40,885 bases of DNA from Saprolegnia diclina VS20 (Eukaryota): positions 44,805 to 85,689 of the forward strand of contig NW_008246070.1 of assembly GCF_000281045.1 (NCBI RefSeq), read 5' to 3'. A program made the position numbers and the translations under genes. Under the pieces are notes generated by a model. That model had not been told where the DNA came from. It saw only the letters and a program-made list of their open reading frames with translations, and did not search any database. Shown here one piece after another: positions 11,559 through 23,548 of the stretch. Every line of letters begins with the position of its first letter. Position 1 is the first letter of the stretch.

Positions 11559-12650
11559 CGGTCGAGCTAAAAATACACGAGTGATAACCACTGGCGCCTG
11601 TTTGGCGATCTTATTGCAGACTTAGTCCAAGCCTACGTTGTCGCGAGAGTGACGGACAACTGTTGCCACGCTGCCTTACGCGACCACAAACGAATTCATA
11701 GAGGCAGAAGTTTCTGTGGCCAGCTCCTTGTATTCGCTGCTCGTGACCCGTGACCCTTGCCCTGGGTTGGAAAACGTCGCTGGGTCGAGGACCTGAGATG
11801 CTCATGCGACATAATGACCCAGTGGCCATGTACAATGCTGCGTCACGGGCATATGAATGGTGGGACGTCGTCGTGACGGCAATGGCAGCTACACGGCGCG
11901 ATTACACGTTGGGTGCTGCCTGGCGTAACTCTACGAAGCGCGTCTGCTGAGAATTCGTCCTCCTCAACGTCAAGGACAGGCAGGCGAGGGTCGGGCGCGT
12001 CGACGATCCGACGCAACTGCGCTAGATACTGCGCGCATCGACGCGGCGCCTGCGTCACACCACCTGGCCTCTACACGAGCTGCTCGGTTCTTTGGCCAAG
12101 AGCAAATTCAAGCAAGGTCAAGCCGTTCGCACCAATGGCCCCAGTCCAATCACGAGGGGGGCCACCCGAAAAAGCGTCGCGACAAGCTGCGGCAGCAGAA
12201 AATGTCGGCGGAGCTTCCATAGACGATCCACCGACTGGAGGTCTTCCTACAGTACACGACGTACTGTGCCGATCCCTAACGCGTCGTCGCGGACGCCGTT
12301 CTTCGAAGTCGAACAGACCGCGCTACCTCGCGGCTTGACCTTCCGCGACCTTGCCATCGGACCAGCTACTCCAGCTGGGCCATTCGACCGAGCCCGAGCT
12401 ATGCCAAACTTTCACGCGCGGCGACCTATCACTGGTGGCGGCGCCAATGAACGCCCCATTGCTTGGCTGTGTCGGTGGCCGGCGCCACGAGGGTCCTTTC
12501 AAATCATTTTTACCTAGGGGGCCTACGACAAAAACGCCACCGAATGTGATATTCGGGCGAGCGTGACGCGCTCGCATCAAGCGGGCGGCGTGAGTAGCGC
12601 TGACACGCCGGTGGCTCATCGGCCATGTGTCGCACGGCCACGCCGCTGCC

Positions 12651-12666
12651 CTCAGTTTTCAGTTTG
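12651..12666 (+). promoter_or_regulatory. INR/FPR-like core promoter element
   Basis: CTCAGTTTTCAGTTTG about 10 nt upstream of ATG 12676. Confidence 0.5.
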
Positions 12667-12675
12667 CAATTCGCC

Positions 12676-13038
12676 ATGCCCTGTCTTCAACCCCGCCTCA
12701 AGCGCCGCTTCGTCGAGACGCCCTTCTCGTTCGACGACGACGCCGGCCTCCACTCGCTCCTCGCCGCGTGCTGCCTCAGCGCGCAGCGCGCCGACATTGT
12801 CGCGACCGAGCGCGCGGTCGTCGAGAAGCAGCTCGTGGCCTTCCTCGCCGGGTGCAAGCCGCACGCGCCGGCTATCGTGCGCCAGAAACTGCCCGTCCTC
12901 GCCCGGAAGCTCGAGTCGATCCTCTTCCAAGCCGCAGCGACGCGCGAAGAGTACCTCGACAGCTCGACGCTCATGCACCGACTGAGCGCCATTCGGCAGG
13001 TCCGTCAGACCAAGCGCCGGCGCGTCCTCGCGTGTTAG
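12676..13038 (+). CDS. Small KIX-like domain protein (120 aa)
   Basis: KLPVLARKLESILFQAAATREEYLD.STL..RL resembles KIX helices of Med15/CBP-type coactivators. C-terminal KRRR is a possible NLS; codon bias matches neighbouring genes. Confidence 0.65.
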   Translation: MPCLQPRLKRRFVETPFSFDDDAGLHSLLAACCLSAQRADIVATERAVVEKQLVAFLAGCKPHAPAIVRQKLPVLARKLESILFQAAATREEYLDSSTLMHRLSAIRQVRQTKRRRVLAC

Positions 13039-13822
13039 ACGCATCGCCCGCCGTAGCACTGGAACTACGGCGCGGACTGCGAGTAGTGTATTTATGAGCC
13101 TTGTTCTCGACGAGCTCTACAGCCATGTAAACCTGTACAATGGAAGACCACGATTCAAAGAGGTTAATAATCTGAGGTTGACGCGACCTGCGCGTCGCAG
13201 CTGAGCGCCTCGCAGCGTCAGCGCGACGCTACCACGATCACGACGTCACCCATTTCTACGATGCATTCCACCGCCGCGAGGAAGACACGCGTCCTTCCGA
13301 CGTGGCCAACCGGGCGCGTCAAGCTGGTGGATGGCTGCATATTTATTCGGCAACGTGGTGGAACCAGACGTGACGAGCGGCGCAGCGACAACGACTCGTC
13401 ACGCCCGTCCAGCAACCATCGCAGCGTCATGGGTCAATAATCGACCCATGCATGGACCCATGGCAGCGTGCACGTACGCCTTCAATGAACACACTAATAT
13501 TGGCGCGGTCATCATATACTGTTACAAAGAGGCAGTGCAGCGCACTGGCTGTTTGCCGAATCGTGCTCCACAGCCGGATGCAGTTGCTTACATGGAGCAA
13601 GTACGATCCAGAGAGTGCCTCGAGCGGGCGCCAGGCAGGCGACTTGAAGCCGCATCGCCTTGTTTGCGGCTCGTTTGCCAGGAGGTCTCGACACCTTCCG
13701 CAAGTGCCAAGTGGACTGTAAAAATACCGGCCGCCCATTGGTGGGATCGCAATTGATCCAAGTTGTGATTGGCTGGATCTTGACACGGACTGGCCTCCTG
13801 CCTCCGGACCACACACGCCAGG

Positions 13823-16800
13823 ATGCCACCGCCGACGCAACACGGTCGACGCCACTCGACGTCGTCGCCGAGCAAGTCGCCGACGCGCCGCAGCCGCCGG
13901 TCGGGCTCGCTCTCGCCGCTCAAGACTCCGCTCGCGCCGACCGAGACCCAGTCGTCCGTCGTGCTCTGCTGGGGCTGGGGTGGCAACGGCCAGCTCGGTA
14001 CCAACGATCGCGAGTCGCGCATCAAGCCGCACGTCGTGCAGTCGCTCCTCGACCGAACGACCATCAAGCAGCTCGCATGTGGCAGTCGCTTCACGGGTAC
14101 GGTCCTAGCAGCTTGACCAACACTAAGTCGTCTCTGTACTATCCAGTTGCCGTGTCCATTCACGGCGCTGTCTTTGCGTGGGGCAAGAACGACTATGGTC
14201 AGCTCGGCATCGGTCACAGCCTCCATGCACAGGTATGCCCATCATGCATGCGCACAGTGGCTAAGAAGCGCCGTAGCTCGAGCCGCGGGTGCTCGATGAC
14301 TTGCATGACGTGGCGATCGCTCGTGTCGCAACGCGCGGGTCGCACGTCGTCGCCGTCTCGGAGGAAGGCAGCGTGTACACGTGGGGCCGCGGCGACGAAG
14401 GTCAGCTCGGCCACAACACCAAGACGTCGCTGCACGTGCCGACCAAGGTCCCGGACCTCGAGCACATTGTGCAGGTCGCTTGCGGCCGCGCGCACTCGGT
14501 GGCGATCGATCTCCAGGGTCGGCTCTACTCGTGGGGCTCTGGCGAGGACGGCGCGCTGGGCATCACCGACGCCGAGTGCAGCCTCGTGCCGCTCGCGATC
14601 CCGCACGTTGCGTCGTTCCAGGCGATCGAGTGCGGGTCCCGCCACACGCTCGCACTGACCAGCGACAACCGCGTTTTTGCGTGGGGCTGGGGGCTCTACG
14701 GGCAGCTCGGGCTCGGCCACTCGGACACGGTGCGGCAGCCGACCGAGATCCCGACCTTCATCGGGAAGCGCGTCATCCAGATCTCGTGCGGGTTCCGGCA
14801 CTGTTTTGCGGTCGTGCCGGCGGGCATCGACGGCTTCTCACCCAACGTCGACGTGTACGGCTGGGGCTGGAACCAGTACGGACAGCTCGGCGAGCTCGAG
14901 AAGGACGGGTCGCCCGACGTCGTCCTGCGCCCGGTTCGCTGCTCGGCCCTCATCGACGTCAACCTGACGCTCCTCGCCGCCGGTGGGCGTCACTCGCTCG
15001 CGTGCGTCAACGGTGACACGTTTGCATGGGGCCGCGGCGGCGACGGCGAGCTCGGTACTGGCACCGTCTCGAACGAGCGCCACTTGACGTCGATCGCGAT
15101 GCTGCACCAGCGGTATATTCGTTTCAACGAGCCAACTTGATACAACAGAGAATCGTGTAGGAGCATGCACCAAGTGGCTTGCGGCTGGGCGCACTCGGCG
15201 GCCTTGTACCTTCAAGACACGGCCGAAGTGCCATCGCATGCGATGCTGAGCGCGAGCTCGTGGACGCTGACGTCCGGCGACTGGGACGCCTTCTCGGGCA
15301 TGCTGGTGCAAAGCATTCTGCAGCTCATGATCATCTACCAAGTGCTGCCGGCGCACTGCGGCCTTCCCGTCGAGATCGTGACCACGCGCATCATCCCCGC
15401 GGCCGCCTTTACAACGACCATGGGCAACTGCTACTTTGCGTTTGCGGGCTGGCGCCTCGCGCGCGACGAGCGTCGAAACGACGTCACGGGGCTGCCCGAA
15501 GGCGTCAACACGGTGCTGGTCTTCGCCTACGGCCTCTCGATCATGGCGCCCGAGTACCAGGCGACGCAGTCTTTTGAGGCGGCGTGGGAGGCCGGGCTCT
15601 TTGCTGCGATTTGGACCGCGCTTTTGCAGATGGCGCTACTGCCGTTCGTCTCGTTCCTTCAGCGCTCGATCCCGAAAGCCGCGCTCCTCGCGTCCGTCTC
15701 AGGCATCGCGCTCACGTTCCTCAGCATGGGCTTTGCGTTTGAGATCTGGGAAAACCCGCTCATTGCGCTCGGCCCGCTCTTCCTCTTTGTACAAACGACT
15801 TCTTATTTCCAATCTGATGGCATATGCTAGCTCGTGTGCTACGGCGCCGGCGTCAAGCTGCCGTTCCACCTGCCCACGGGTCTCGGGTCGCTCCTCCTCG
15901 GCACGCTCATCGCGTTCGTCTTGTACTACACGGGCGCGTCGACCAACGTACGTTGCCAAGTCTATCCGCACGGTGTCATCCGGCTCGTAGTTTGTGCCCA
16001 TGACGCAGCCGTACGTGCTCGATCTCCAGGGCCCGCACGTGGACATGCCGCTCGTCTGGCGCGCGCTCACGAGGTACATCACCAAAGTGTTCATGTGCCA
16101 AGGTATATCGTAGCGGCGCCGGCTGGAAGTACATGAGCATCATCATGCCCATGGTGCTCGTTAACGTCATGTCGGCGATCGCCAACTTTGAGACCGCGGC
16201 GGCCGTCGGCGACAAATACGACCCGATCACGTCCGTGCTGGGCGGTACGACCTCTTGTCACTGCTTGTCAACTCTGAAACCATCGTCTTAGACTCGATCG
16301 TGACCATCCTCGGCGCGTGCCTCGGCAACCCGTTCCCGACGGGCGTCTACATTGGCCACGTACGTCGCATCGGTGATCTGTGTTCTGACGCGTGCGTAGC
16401 CGATCTACAAGGCGATGGGCGCGCGCAACGCGTACTTGGGCATGAACGCCATCTGCATCTCGCTCCTCGCGATCCTCAACGGTATATCAGAACGTATATA
16501 TCTATGAGATCTTATGCGACATGGTCGTAGCCACGCCGTGGATCATTGGTACGATCCCGATTTCGTCGGGCGTCGGGTTTCTGCTCTGGATCGGCATGGT
16601 CATCACCGCGAGCAGCTTTGAAAAGAAGGAGCAGGAGAGCAACCACGGCACGGCCGTCGTCCTCGGCATGGTCCCCGCGCTCTCGGCCTGGGGCTTCCAG
16701 CTCGTGCAAAACACGCTCACGGCCACGTCGCCCAACGGCTTCAACATGACGCGAGTCGTCGAGGCGCTCAGCGACGCGGGCTTGAACCCGAACGGCATGA

Positions 16801-17328
16801 TCGCCTTGTCTCAGGTAGATCAAAGTGGATAGGAGGAGAGGGCGCTGAGTGTGCGAGGGGTAGGGGTACCTCTTGACCGCGATCGTGCTGGCGTCGACGA
16901 TGGTGCACATCATCGAGCGCGACTTCATCTACGCGAGTCTCTGGATGCTCATTGCGTCGATCTTGAGCGGGACGGGGGTCATCCACGCCTTTGAAGTCGA
17001 GGCCTCGGGGATACAGCCGGCGTTCGGCGTCTTCCCGACCCCGTGGTCGTTTCAGTTTTGCCTCGTGTACCTCGGCCTCGCCGTGCTTCTCTGGGTCTTT
17101 CAGCTCGGCGAAGACGAGCACAAGTACACGTGGGCCAACCTCGCGGCGTGGGCCAAGCTCAAATTCGGCAAGCAAAAGCCCAACGAGCCCCGGCGCCGGC
17201 TCTACACGCAAGAGTCGCGGCACGGATCCATCGCCGACCTCCCGCAGCTGCGCGCTCTTGCCGACGCGCGCGAGACGACGCCGCTCCTGCGGTCCATGGA
17301 CACGATGGCCGAGAACGCGCACGACTAG
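13823..17328 (+). CDS. RCC1-repeat beta-propeller fused to an NCS2/AzgA-like xanthine/uracil/purine permease (~1017 aa, 11 exons)
   Basis: Phase-consistent GT-AG introns at 14097-14146, 14233-14276, 15113-15160, 15789-15830, 15948-15990, 16074-16113, 16245-16291, 16360-16399, 16482-16530 and 16815-16863. Seven WG.G..GQLG / (V/I)ACG..H blades, then GDWDAF, DVTGLPEGVNT and GNPFPTGVYIGHPIYKAMGAR with many TM helices. Confidence 0.85.
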
Positions 17329-18187
17329 ATCTAGATAGAGCGTTGGTCGTTTGATGACGATCATTCATCAATCCACTGCCGATTGCGTTTGGCTCTCGAT
17401 CGTTCGTGGTGCGCGAGGTATAAACGTGCTGATGCGTTAATGCAGCGCCATTTCCAGTGGTTTGGGACTGTAAGTAATTGGTGAGTGCGTTGAATACGCC
17501 GACGCCGGTTGTCGCCATCGCCGCCGCATCTTTTGTGCCGCTCTCGAAGTCGGATCCTTCGCTAGTTATTATGGACAGTTGACGCGTATGACTCGTCGAC
17601 GTAGTCCAGCAATACATACAGGCGAGTGAGAAAAGGGGTGTTGATGAGCCCTTTGCTCAGATCACTACCGCGTCCATCATCAGCATGACGCGACGCCTGC
17701 CGCCCATCGATCTTATTGCAATCTTAGCGCCGAGAAATGCCGCCCATATTGCACTCGTATTGGCCAATCTCGCCGCGTTGCCCATCAATATGCAATATCC
17801 ACTTCGTCTGTGCCGTTCAAGCGGCCATCATCGGCTTCTCATCACGTCATGGGCGTGTGATAATCAGCGCTTTTTGGATATGACGGTCCGTGTCCCATAC
17901 CGCAATCCCCACGCCACCTGGCCCCACGTCACAGCGGCACCAATAGCAATTCCGGGTTAGGCGCACTGCACCTGCTCTTACAAACCCAAAGTCAAGCAAT
18001 ATATATCGGCTCGCAGAGGTATAGAAACACACTGTGTGTCGCGCATATTGCCTTTTGTGTAGGCGCGCCAAAGATATCAATATCGCCAAGTGTTTATGAA
18101 CTCGGCCCCGGACGTGATCGAGGTGCAATCATGTCGACACGAAGCGTGCGCGCGGTATACAAGCAGCATGTACATTGCTCGTCGATC

Positions 18188-18202
18188 TTCATTCTGCAAA
18201 TT
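18188..18202 (+). promoter_or_regulatory. INR/FPR-like core promoter element supporting a start at 18213
   Basis: TTCATTCTGCAAATT just upstream of ATG 18213. Confidence 0.5.
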
Positions 18203-18212
18203 ACATTACACT

Positions 18213-19400
18213 ATGAAGGCAGCGACAACAACAACCACCGTCGTCGAGGAGGTACCGCTCGTCGTTGGTATGGAAGGCTTGCACGTCGACTTCTTCACGC
18301 CGGTCGAGATGGAGATGCTCGACCTGCTGAGTTCGCCGGCGTCGCCAGCGACAAAGTCCGAGCCGATCGCGCCCAAGAAGCCCGCGCCCACCAAGCCGCG
18401 CCGCGTGACATCGAGCAAGCAGTTATTGTACGTGGAGCGCCACCGCAAGAAGCGTCAGGCCGAGTTCATCGGCCTCCAGAAAAGCGTCGTGGAGCTGGAA
18501 GCGCAGCTCGCCGACATGAAGCACAAACACACACTGCAGTCGATGCTGCACCCCGGCTCCAAGTGGCGCCAGCACGCGTCGAACGAGCGCAAGCGCCGCG
18601 CCAAGGCCATGCTCGAGAACAAAGCGCTGCGCGACGCGGTCGAGCAGCAAATGCAATTTACCGACACACTCGTGCGCGCAGTGCAGGCCGTGCCCGCGGT
18701 CTCGAACGCCACTGTCTCGGCGCAGCCCGAGGACCAATGGCAGTACCTGCGCCTCGTCGCGGACCCGGAGCTGCGCAAGGCAGCGTACCATCACATTTGC
18801 GACCGCGAACTGGACCAGCTCCAGAGCGCCTTTCTGCAGGCCGGCTTGCTCGAGTCGCCAGTGCCCGAGCTCCACAAGCACGAGTACAAGCACGTCAACC
18901 ACGCAGTGCAGGTGCAAACGATCCTGACCGGCCGGTTCACGCAAAGCGTCGCGTCGGTGACCGAGTCGGTGTGGCAGTGCCTCACTGGCGCCGCCGTGTC
19001 CAAGGATCCGCTCTTAAAGCAGCTCTACAACAGCCACACAGCTGTCGATCCGAGCGTCAGCTACATCATGGGGTCGCGCGACCACGCCCAAGGCCGGTTC
19101 GACCGCCGGCTCCTCTGCAAGCGCTACGAGCAAGGACCCAAGTACGTGGTCGTGTGCCGCAGCATCCTCCACGACGATGCCGTGCAGGCGACGGACCTCA
19201 ACAATATTTTGGACGAAGTGTCGTGGCTCACGATCGAGCCGGACGAGGCGGCGCCAAAGAGCACCGTTATCAAGTACTTTCACAAAGCCAACCAGGCGCG
19301 CAACGCAGGAATCGTCTTGACCAAGAGCTGGCTAGAGCGCTTCACGCAAGAGACCGACGACGTCGGTATCGCGATCCGCCAGTACATCGACTCGCACTAA
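18213..19400 (+). CDS. bZIP/coiled-coil/START-like protein, array copy 1 (divergent)
   Basis: Basic region QLLYVERHRKKRQ followed by L heptads; PGSKWRQHA..EN.ALR coiled coil; C-terminal FDRRLLCKRY..YVVVCRSILHDD..EVSWLTIEP. Confidence 0.85.
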   Translation: MKAATTTTTVVEEVPLVVGMEGLHVDFFTPVEMEMLDLLSSPASPATKSEPIAPKKPAPTKPRRVTSSKQLLYVERHRKKRQAEFIGLQKSVVELEAQLADMKHKHTLQSMLHPGSKWRQHASNERKRRAKAMLENKALRDAVEQQMQFTDTLVRAVQAVPAVSNATVSAQPEDQWQYLRLVADPELRKAAYHHICDRELDQLQSAFLQAGLLESPVPELHKHEYKHVNHAVQVQTILTGRFTQSVASVTESVWQCLTGAAVSKDPLLKQLYNSHTAVDPSVSYIMGSRDHAQGRFDRRLLCKRYEQGPKYVVVCRSILHDDAVQATDLNNILDEVSWLTIEPDEAAPKSTVIKYFHKANQARNAGIVLTKSWLERFTQETDDVGIAIRQYIDSH

Positions 19401-20124
19401 ATCACCGATGCACACTATTATTGTACTATTAATATTACATTCCTTCGAGCACTATCACATCGGTTGATGCAAACGACGACACTCGGCAAACAGCGTTCTG
19501 AAAGCGTCCCGTTTGACTGATCGTTTGCGGTCGGTGAGAAAAGGGTGACGGCGTCGGGGGGTGATTTCTCATCATAACTGCGTGCAGCAGGTGACAAGTT
19601 GACAAAAATGCACCAATTGTCTGCTAGCCCTTTCTATGTTAGTATAAAGGAACTCGCGATGCGTCGTGCACGTACTCTCATGTTGGACAAAATTGCGTAT
19701 TCTCTGGGAAGCACAATGGAGTGGGTTGTGGTTCTGAGTGCTTCGAAAGGAACCGCGGATGTCGCACGACCCCATGGAATTCGCTCCGATAGTACACAAA
19801 ATTGCCACATGTAGTACGTTCTGCAATGTTCCGCGTGACGTCGGCGCAGTCCGAGGTACATCTTGTGCGAATTCCGCGGCAAACTCATTGGTGCCACCAG
19901 TCCAACCTTGTCGCACCATCTCACGCTATTTAACGTTTGCATTCACCAATCCGCGCAAGGAATTTGGAAACAACCAATCAAAGGCAAGAAATCATTGGAG
20001 CATTGGCCAATCCAAACTCGAACACACTATTTGAAGGATGGACGTGGCGGGTTTACGAAAATACATCAGGTCGTGATAGTCGCGGTGGTGGCTCGTAGGT
20101 TGTAACTTGGGCGCTGCTAACGCG

Positions 20125-21297
20125 ATGAATCCGAGCGAAGCCTTCATCTCGAGCATGTTCGACGTCACGAGCGCCGACTTCAAGGTCGAGTGGAGCCACG
20201 AAGAGCAGTCCATGCTCCACAACCTCTTTCCTGGCGCCCAGCCGCCGTCCTCGACCGCGTCGTCGCCGTCGTCCGACTCGCGCAAGAAGCAGAACTTAGC
20301 TTTGCAGCGTCACCGCAAGAAGCGCCAGGCCGAGCACGAAGAGCTCAAGCGCGCGGCCGTCGATCTTGAGGCGACGTTGCAGCGACTGCAGCAGTCCAAG
20401 GCGCTCCAAGACATCCTCAACCCGCCGAGCAAGTGGCACAAGCTGGCCGCGGAGGAGATCCGCCTCGAGCAAAAGGCGCGGCTCGAGAACAAGCACCTCA
20501 AGGAGATGATCAAGGAGCACATGGAGATCGCGCAGACGTTTACGAACCTCATCGAGAAGAAGCCCGAGCAGCCGACGGTCATGGCGGGCTCGCTCACCGA
20601 CAAGTGGAAGCAGCTCGTGCTCGTGGCGGACGCTGCAACGCGCAAGGCTGCGATGCACAACATTTGCGATCGGCAGTTTGAACTCGTCGACAGCGCGTTC
20701 ATCGAAGCGGGACTCATTGACGCGACGACCGAGATCCAGCGACACACGAGCAAGTTCCATCTCGGCGTCTTTGAGCTGCACACGATCGTGTGCCGTGCCG
20801 CACCCATCACCCTTACGTCGGTCGCCGAGGCCTCGTGGCAGGTCATGCGTGGCGCGGTCTCAGTCAAGCACCTCGACCAAGAGGCCAAGCGTGTCGAGGA
20901 TGTCGATGCCAACACGTCGTACGTCACGGGCTGGCGCAACCACCCCATGGGCAAGTACCAGCGGCGCGTGCTCTGCAAGCGCTATTATACCTACAGCGGC
21001 GCAGACGCAACACGCTGCGTCATGGTCTGTCGGAGCCTCGAGCAGGACGAGCTATACCCGTACGACGCCGCGAGCGAAGCGACAAACGAAGTCTCGTGGC
21101 TCGTCCTCGAGGCCGAGCCGAGCGGGAGCACGCGTGTCAAGTACTTTCAGCGTATCCGGCCGTCGTCGTGGAAGGTCGAGGGCCCGCCGAGCGACTACTG
21201 GGTCGATACGCTCTCCAAGCACTCCAAGATGATCGGCAATGCGATCCACGACTACATCGAGCAGTATGGCCAAGCCCAGCTGCAAGCTGCTGTGTAG
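20125..21297 (+). CDS. bZIP/coiled-coil/START-like protein, array copy 2
   Basis: MNPSEAF start; QNLALQRHRKKRQAEHEELKRAAVDLEATLQRL; START-like C-terminal half. Confidence 0.9.
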   Translation: MNPSEAFISSMFDVTSADFKVEWSHEEQSMLHNLFPGAQPPSSTASSPSSDSRKKQNLALQRHRKKRQAEHEELKRAAVDLEATLQRLQQSKALQDILNPPSKWHKLAAEEIRLEQKARLENKHLKEMIKEHMEIAQTFTNLIEKKPEQPTVMAGSLTDKWKQLVLVADAATRKAAMHNICDRQFELVDSAFIEAGLIDATTEIQRHTSKFHLGVFELHTIVCRAAPITLTSVAEASWQVMRGAVSVKHLDQEAKRVEDVDANTSYVTGWRNHPMGKYQRRVLCKRYYTYSGADATRCVMVCRSLEQDELYPYDAASEATNEVSWLVLEAEPSGSTRVKYFQRIRPSSWKVEGPPSDYWVDTLSKHSKMIGNAIHDYIEQYGQAQLQAAV

Positions 21298-21986
21298 TGC
21301 CTCTATCTAATATGACCTTGTACTTGTTATTTGCATCGATGCGCTAGTCGACTTGAAATAAGGCGCTCACATCCGACCACGACGCAATGAAGCATGTGGA
21401 CGTGTCGTTGCCCTTTCAGGTAGGTGATAGCGTGTCGCAGTCGAGCAGATGCGGCGTTGCCACAGCTCATGATACAACAAGGCTTCGCAGTTGATTGCTC
21501 TCTCTTTTTCTGACGAAATTACCTTCGGTAGCCACAACGACTAGAGCTACTAGTAACGAGATCTAGCGTGCACCTAGACCTGTTCGCTGGGGTATGTTCT
21601 CAGTGCTACTAGTAGAGTAAAATTGTTGAATGAGAAGCGCATAAAAGATGGTGGGTGGCGTCAAGGTCTCCGTGGACGCTCGTGAAAGATCGCTCGGCCA
21701 TTGCTCTCGGCCTTGGTGTCACAGCATCCCGAATGGCCGCGTCGCTTCGACCAGCTCGAGTACGAAGCTGAAGCGTCGCAGCACGCGGCGTTATAACTTG
21801 TTGGCAAGTACGGTAAGCCTATCGTCATCAGCCTACGACGCAAAGCTCGGTCGCCGCAGGGCCGCTGCGCGCTGCAGACCACTCTTCGACCATCTGACCT
21901 TGATACACGCCTCTGATTAGCTAAACCGATTTCATATCGCATTGTCCTTTGGCGGCGAAGCGCCATTTTGGATTTGGTTGTCAACC

Positions 21987-23186
21987 ATGAACCCAAGCGA
22001 GGCCTTCTTCGTGGACCTGCTCGACCTCTCGAGCTTCGACTACTCGGTGCAGTGGTCGTCGCAGGAGACCGAGATCCTCGAGACGCTGCTACAGCCCGTC
22101 GACAAGTCGTCGCCGCAGTCGGCCGATGAGCACGCGTCGTCCTTGCCGCCATCCAAGGTCAAGCACAACCTTGCGCTCAAGCGGTACCGCAAAAAGAAGC
22201 GCGACGAGATGCAGCAGCTCAAGGAGGCCGCGAGTGAGCTCGAGCTCCGCCTCTTGCAGCTGCAGACGGCCAAGGCCGCGTCCGACTCGCTCCACCCGCC
22301 GACCAAGTGGCAGCAACTCGCGGTGAACGAGCGGCAGCTCGAGAAGCAGGCGTGGGCCGAGAACGAGAACCTGCGCAAGCTCGTGAAGGAGCACATGATC
22401 ACCGCCCAAATGTTTGCGCACGTGCTCGAAAAGACTTGGGAGCAGACGCAGTCCGCAGCCTTTCTTGACGCGCCAAACGACAAGTGGCAACAGCTCATCC
22501 TCGTCACGAACCCGGCGCTGCGGCTCCGCGCCATGCACCAGATCCTCGACCGCGAGAATTTCCGGTGCCAAGACGCGTTCATCGAAGCGCGGCTCATCGA
22601 CGTCAACGACGAGTTTCAAAAGCATATCGCCAAGTTCCACCACCACAGCGCCCACGAGTTCCATACGATCGTGCATCGGCGGACGCGTCTCCAGCTGCGC
22701 TGCGTCGTCGAAGGCACGTGGAACGTCATCCGCGGCACGGCCGGCGGCATCCCCAACATGAACCGGTCGTGCAAAGAGCTCATCGACATTGACGCTGACA
22801 CGTCGTACGTCACGGGGTGGTTTGACCACCCGCTGGGAAAATTCCAGCGACGCGTGCTCTGCAAGCGCTACTACGACACGCAGGACGCAAAGACAGCGAC
22901 CAAGTGCATCATCGTATGCCGAAGCATCGACGATGACGAGCAGTCGCCGTACGATCCGTCGACGCCGTACTCGAACGAAGTGTCATGGCACCTGCTTGAA
23001 GCCAACGACGACGGCGCCGACTTCAAGTACTTTCAGAAATTCCGGCCATCGCAGTGGACAACGACGCTGACGGCGCACTGGGAGAAGACACTGGAGCAGG
23101 CATCGCACGTGATGCGCCGCGCTGTGAACCAGTACATTGACGGGTATCGGCTCGAGGCCGTAGAGGTCAAGGAGATAGGGGCGTGA
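21987..23186 (+). CDS. bZIP/coiled-coil/START-like protein, array copy 3
   Basis: MNPSEAF..DYSVQWS; HNLALKRYRKKK plus zipper; START-like C-terminal half. Confidence 0.9.
   Translation: MNPSEAFFVDLLDLSSFDYSVQWSSQETEILETLLQPVDKSSPQSADEHASSLPPSKVKHNLALKRYRKKKRDEMQQLKEAASELELRLLQLQTAKAASDSLHPPTKWQQLAVNERQLEKQAWAENENLRKLVKEHMITAQMFAHVLEKTWEQTQSAAFLDAPNDKWQQLILVTNPALRLRAMHQILDRENFRCQDAFIEARLIDVNDEFQKHIAKFHHHSAHEFHTIVHRRTRLQLRCVVEGTWNVIRGTAGGIPNMNRSCKELIDIDADTSYVTGWFDHPLGKFQRRVLCKRYYDTQDAKTATKCIIVCRSIDDDEQSPYDPSTPYSNEVSWHLLEANDDGADFKYFQKFRPSQWTTTLTAHWEKTLEQASHVMRRAVNQYIDGYRLEAVEVKEIGA
22593..23142 (+). repeat. 550-bp near-identical direct repeat, unit A (partner 24143-24692)
   Basis: Offset 1550. 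First 305 nt identical; 9 mismatches counted by eye over 550 nt. Confidence 0.9.
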
Positions 23187-23548
23187 GACTTAGTTGATAT
23201 TCGCACTAGAGCAAGTTCAATTTGAAGTAGTTTTCTGCAATGATCCAAAGCACCTGTGATGGTGACCGGTCCACCTGCAAGCAGCTGCCTACGGGCATGT
23301 CTAATTGCCTTCATCTATGACGCGAGTTGGCACTTGGCTGAACGGCCAAGCGCACGCTTGACGTGGCATCGCGCTCGATGCTGGCGATTCAGTTGGTCGC
23401 TTGCGCAGCCGCTACTGTGGCCTCCATTGGCTAAAATCATGGCGAGCTTCGCGTGTGATTGGCTGCGCACGCCCACCAATGCTTGTGATTGGTTCACCTC
23501 TACGTCGACCTGGTGTCGAACATTGGCGACAAGTCGGAGAAAGGCCGC

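Noticed and set aside
11600..12620. ORFs of 66-141 aa between the ASH and KIX-like genes
   Set aside because: Overlapping Arg/Ser-rich translations with no family signal; treated as divergent intergenic DNA.
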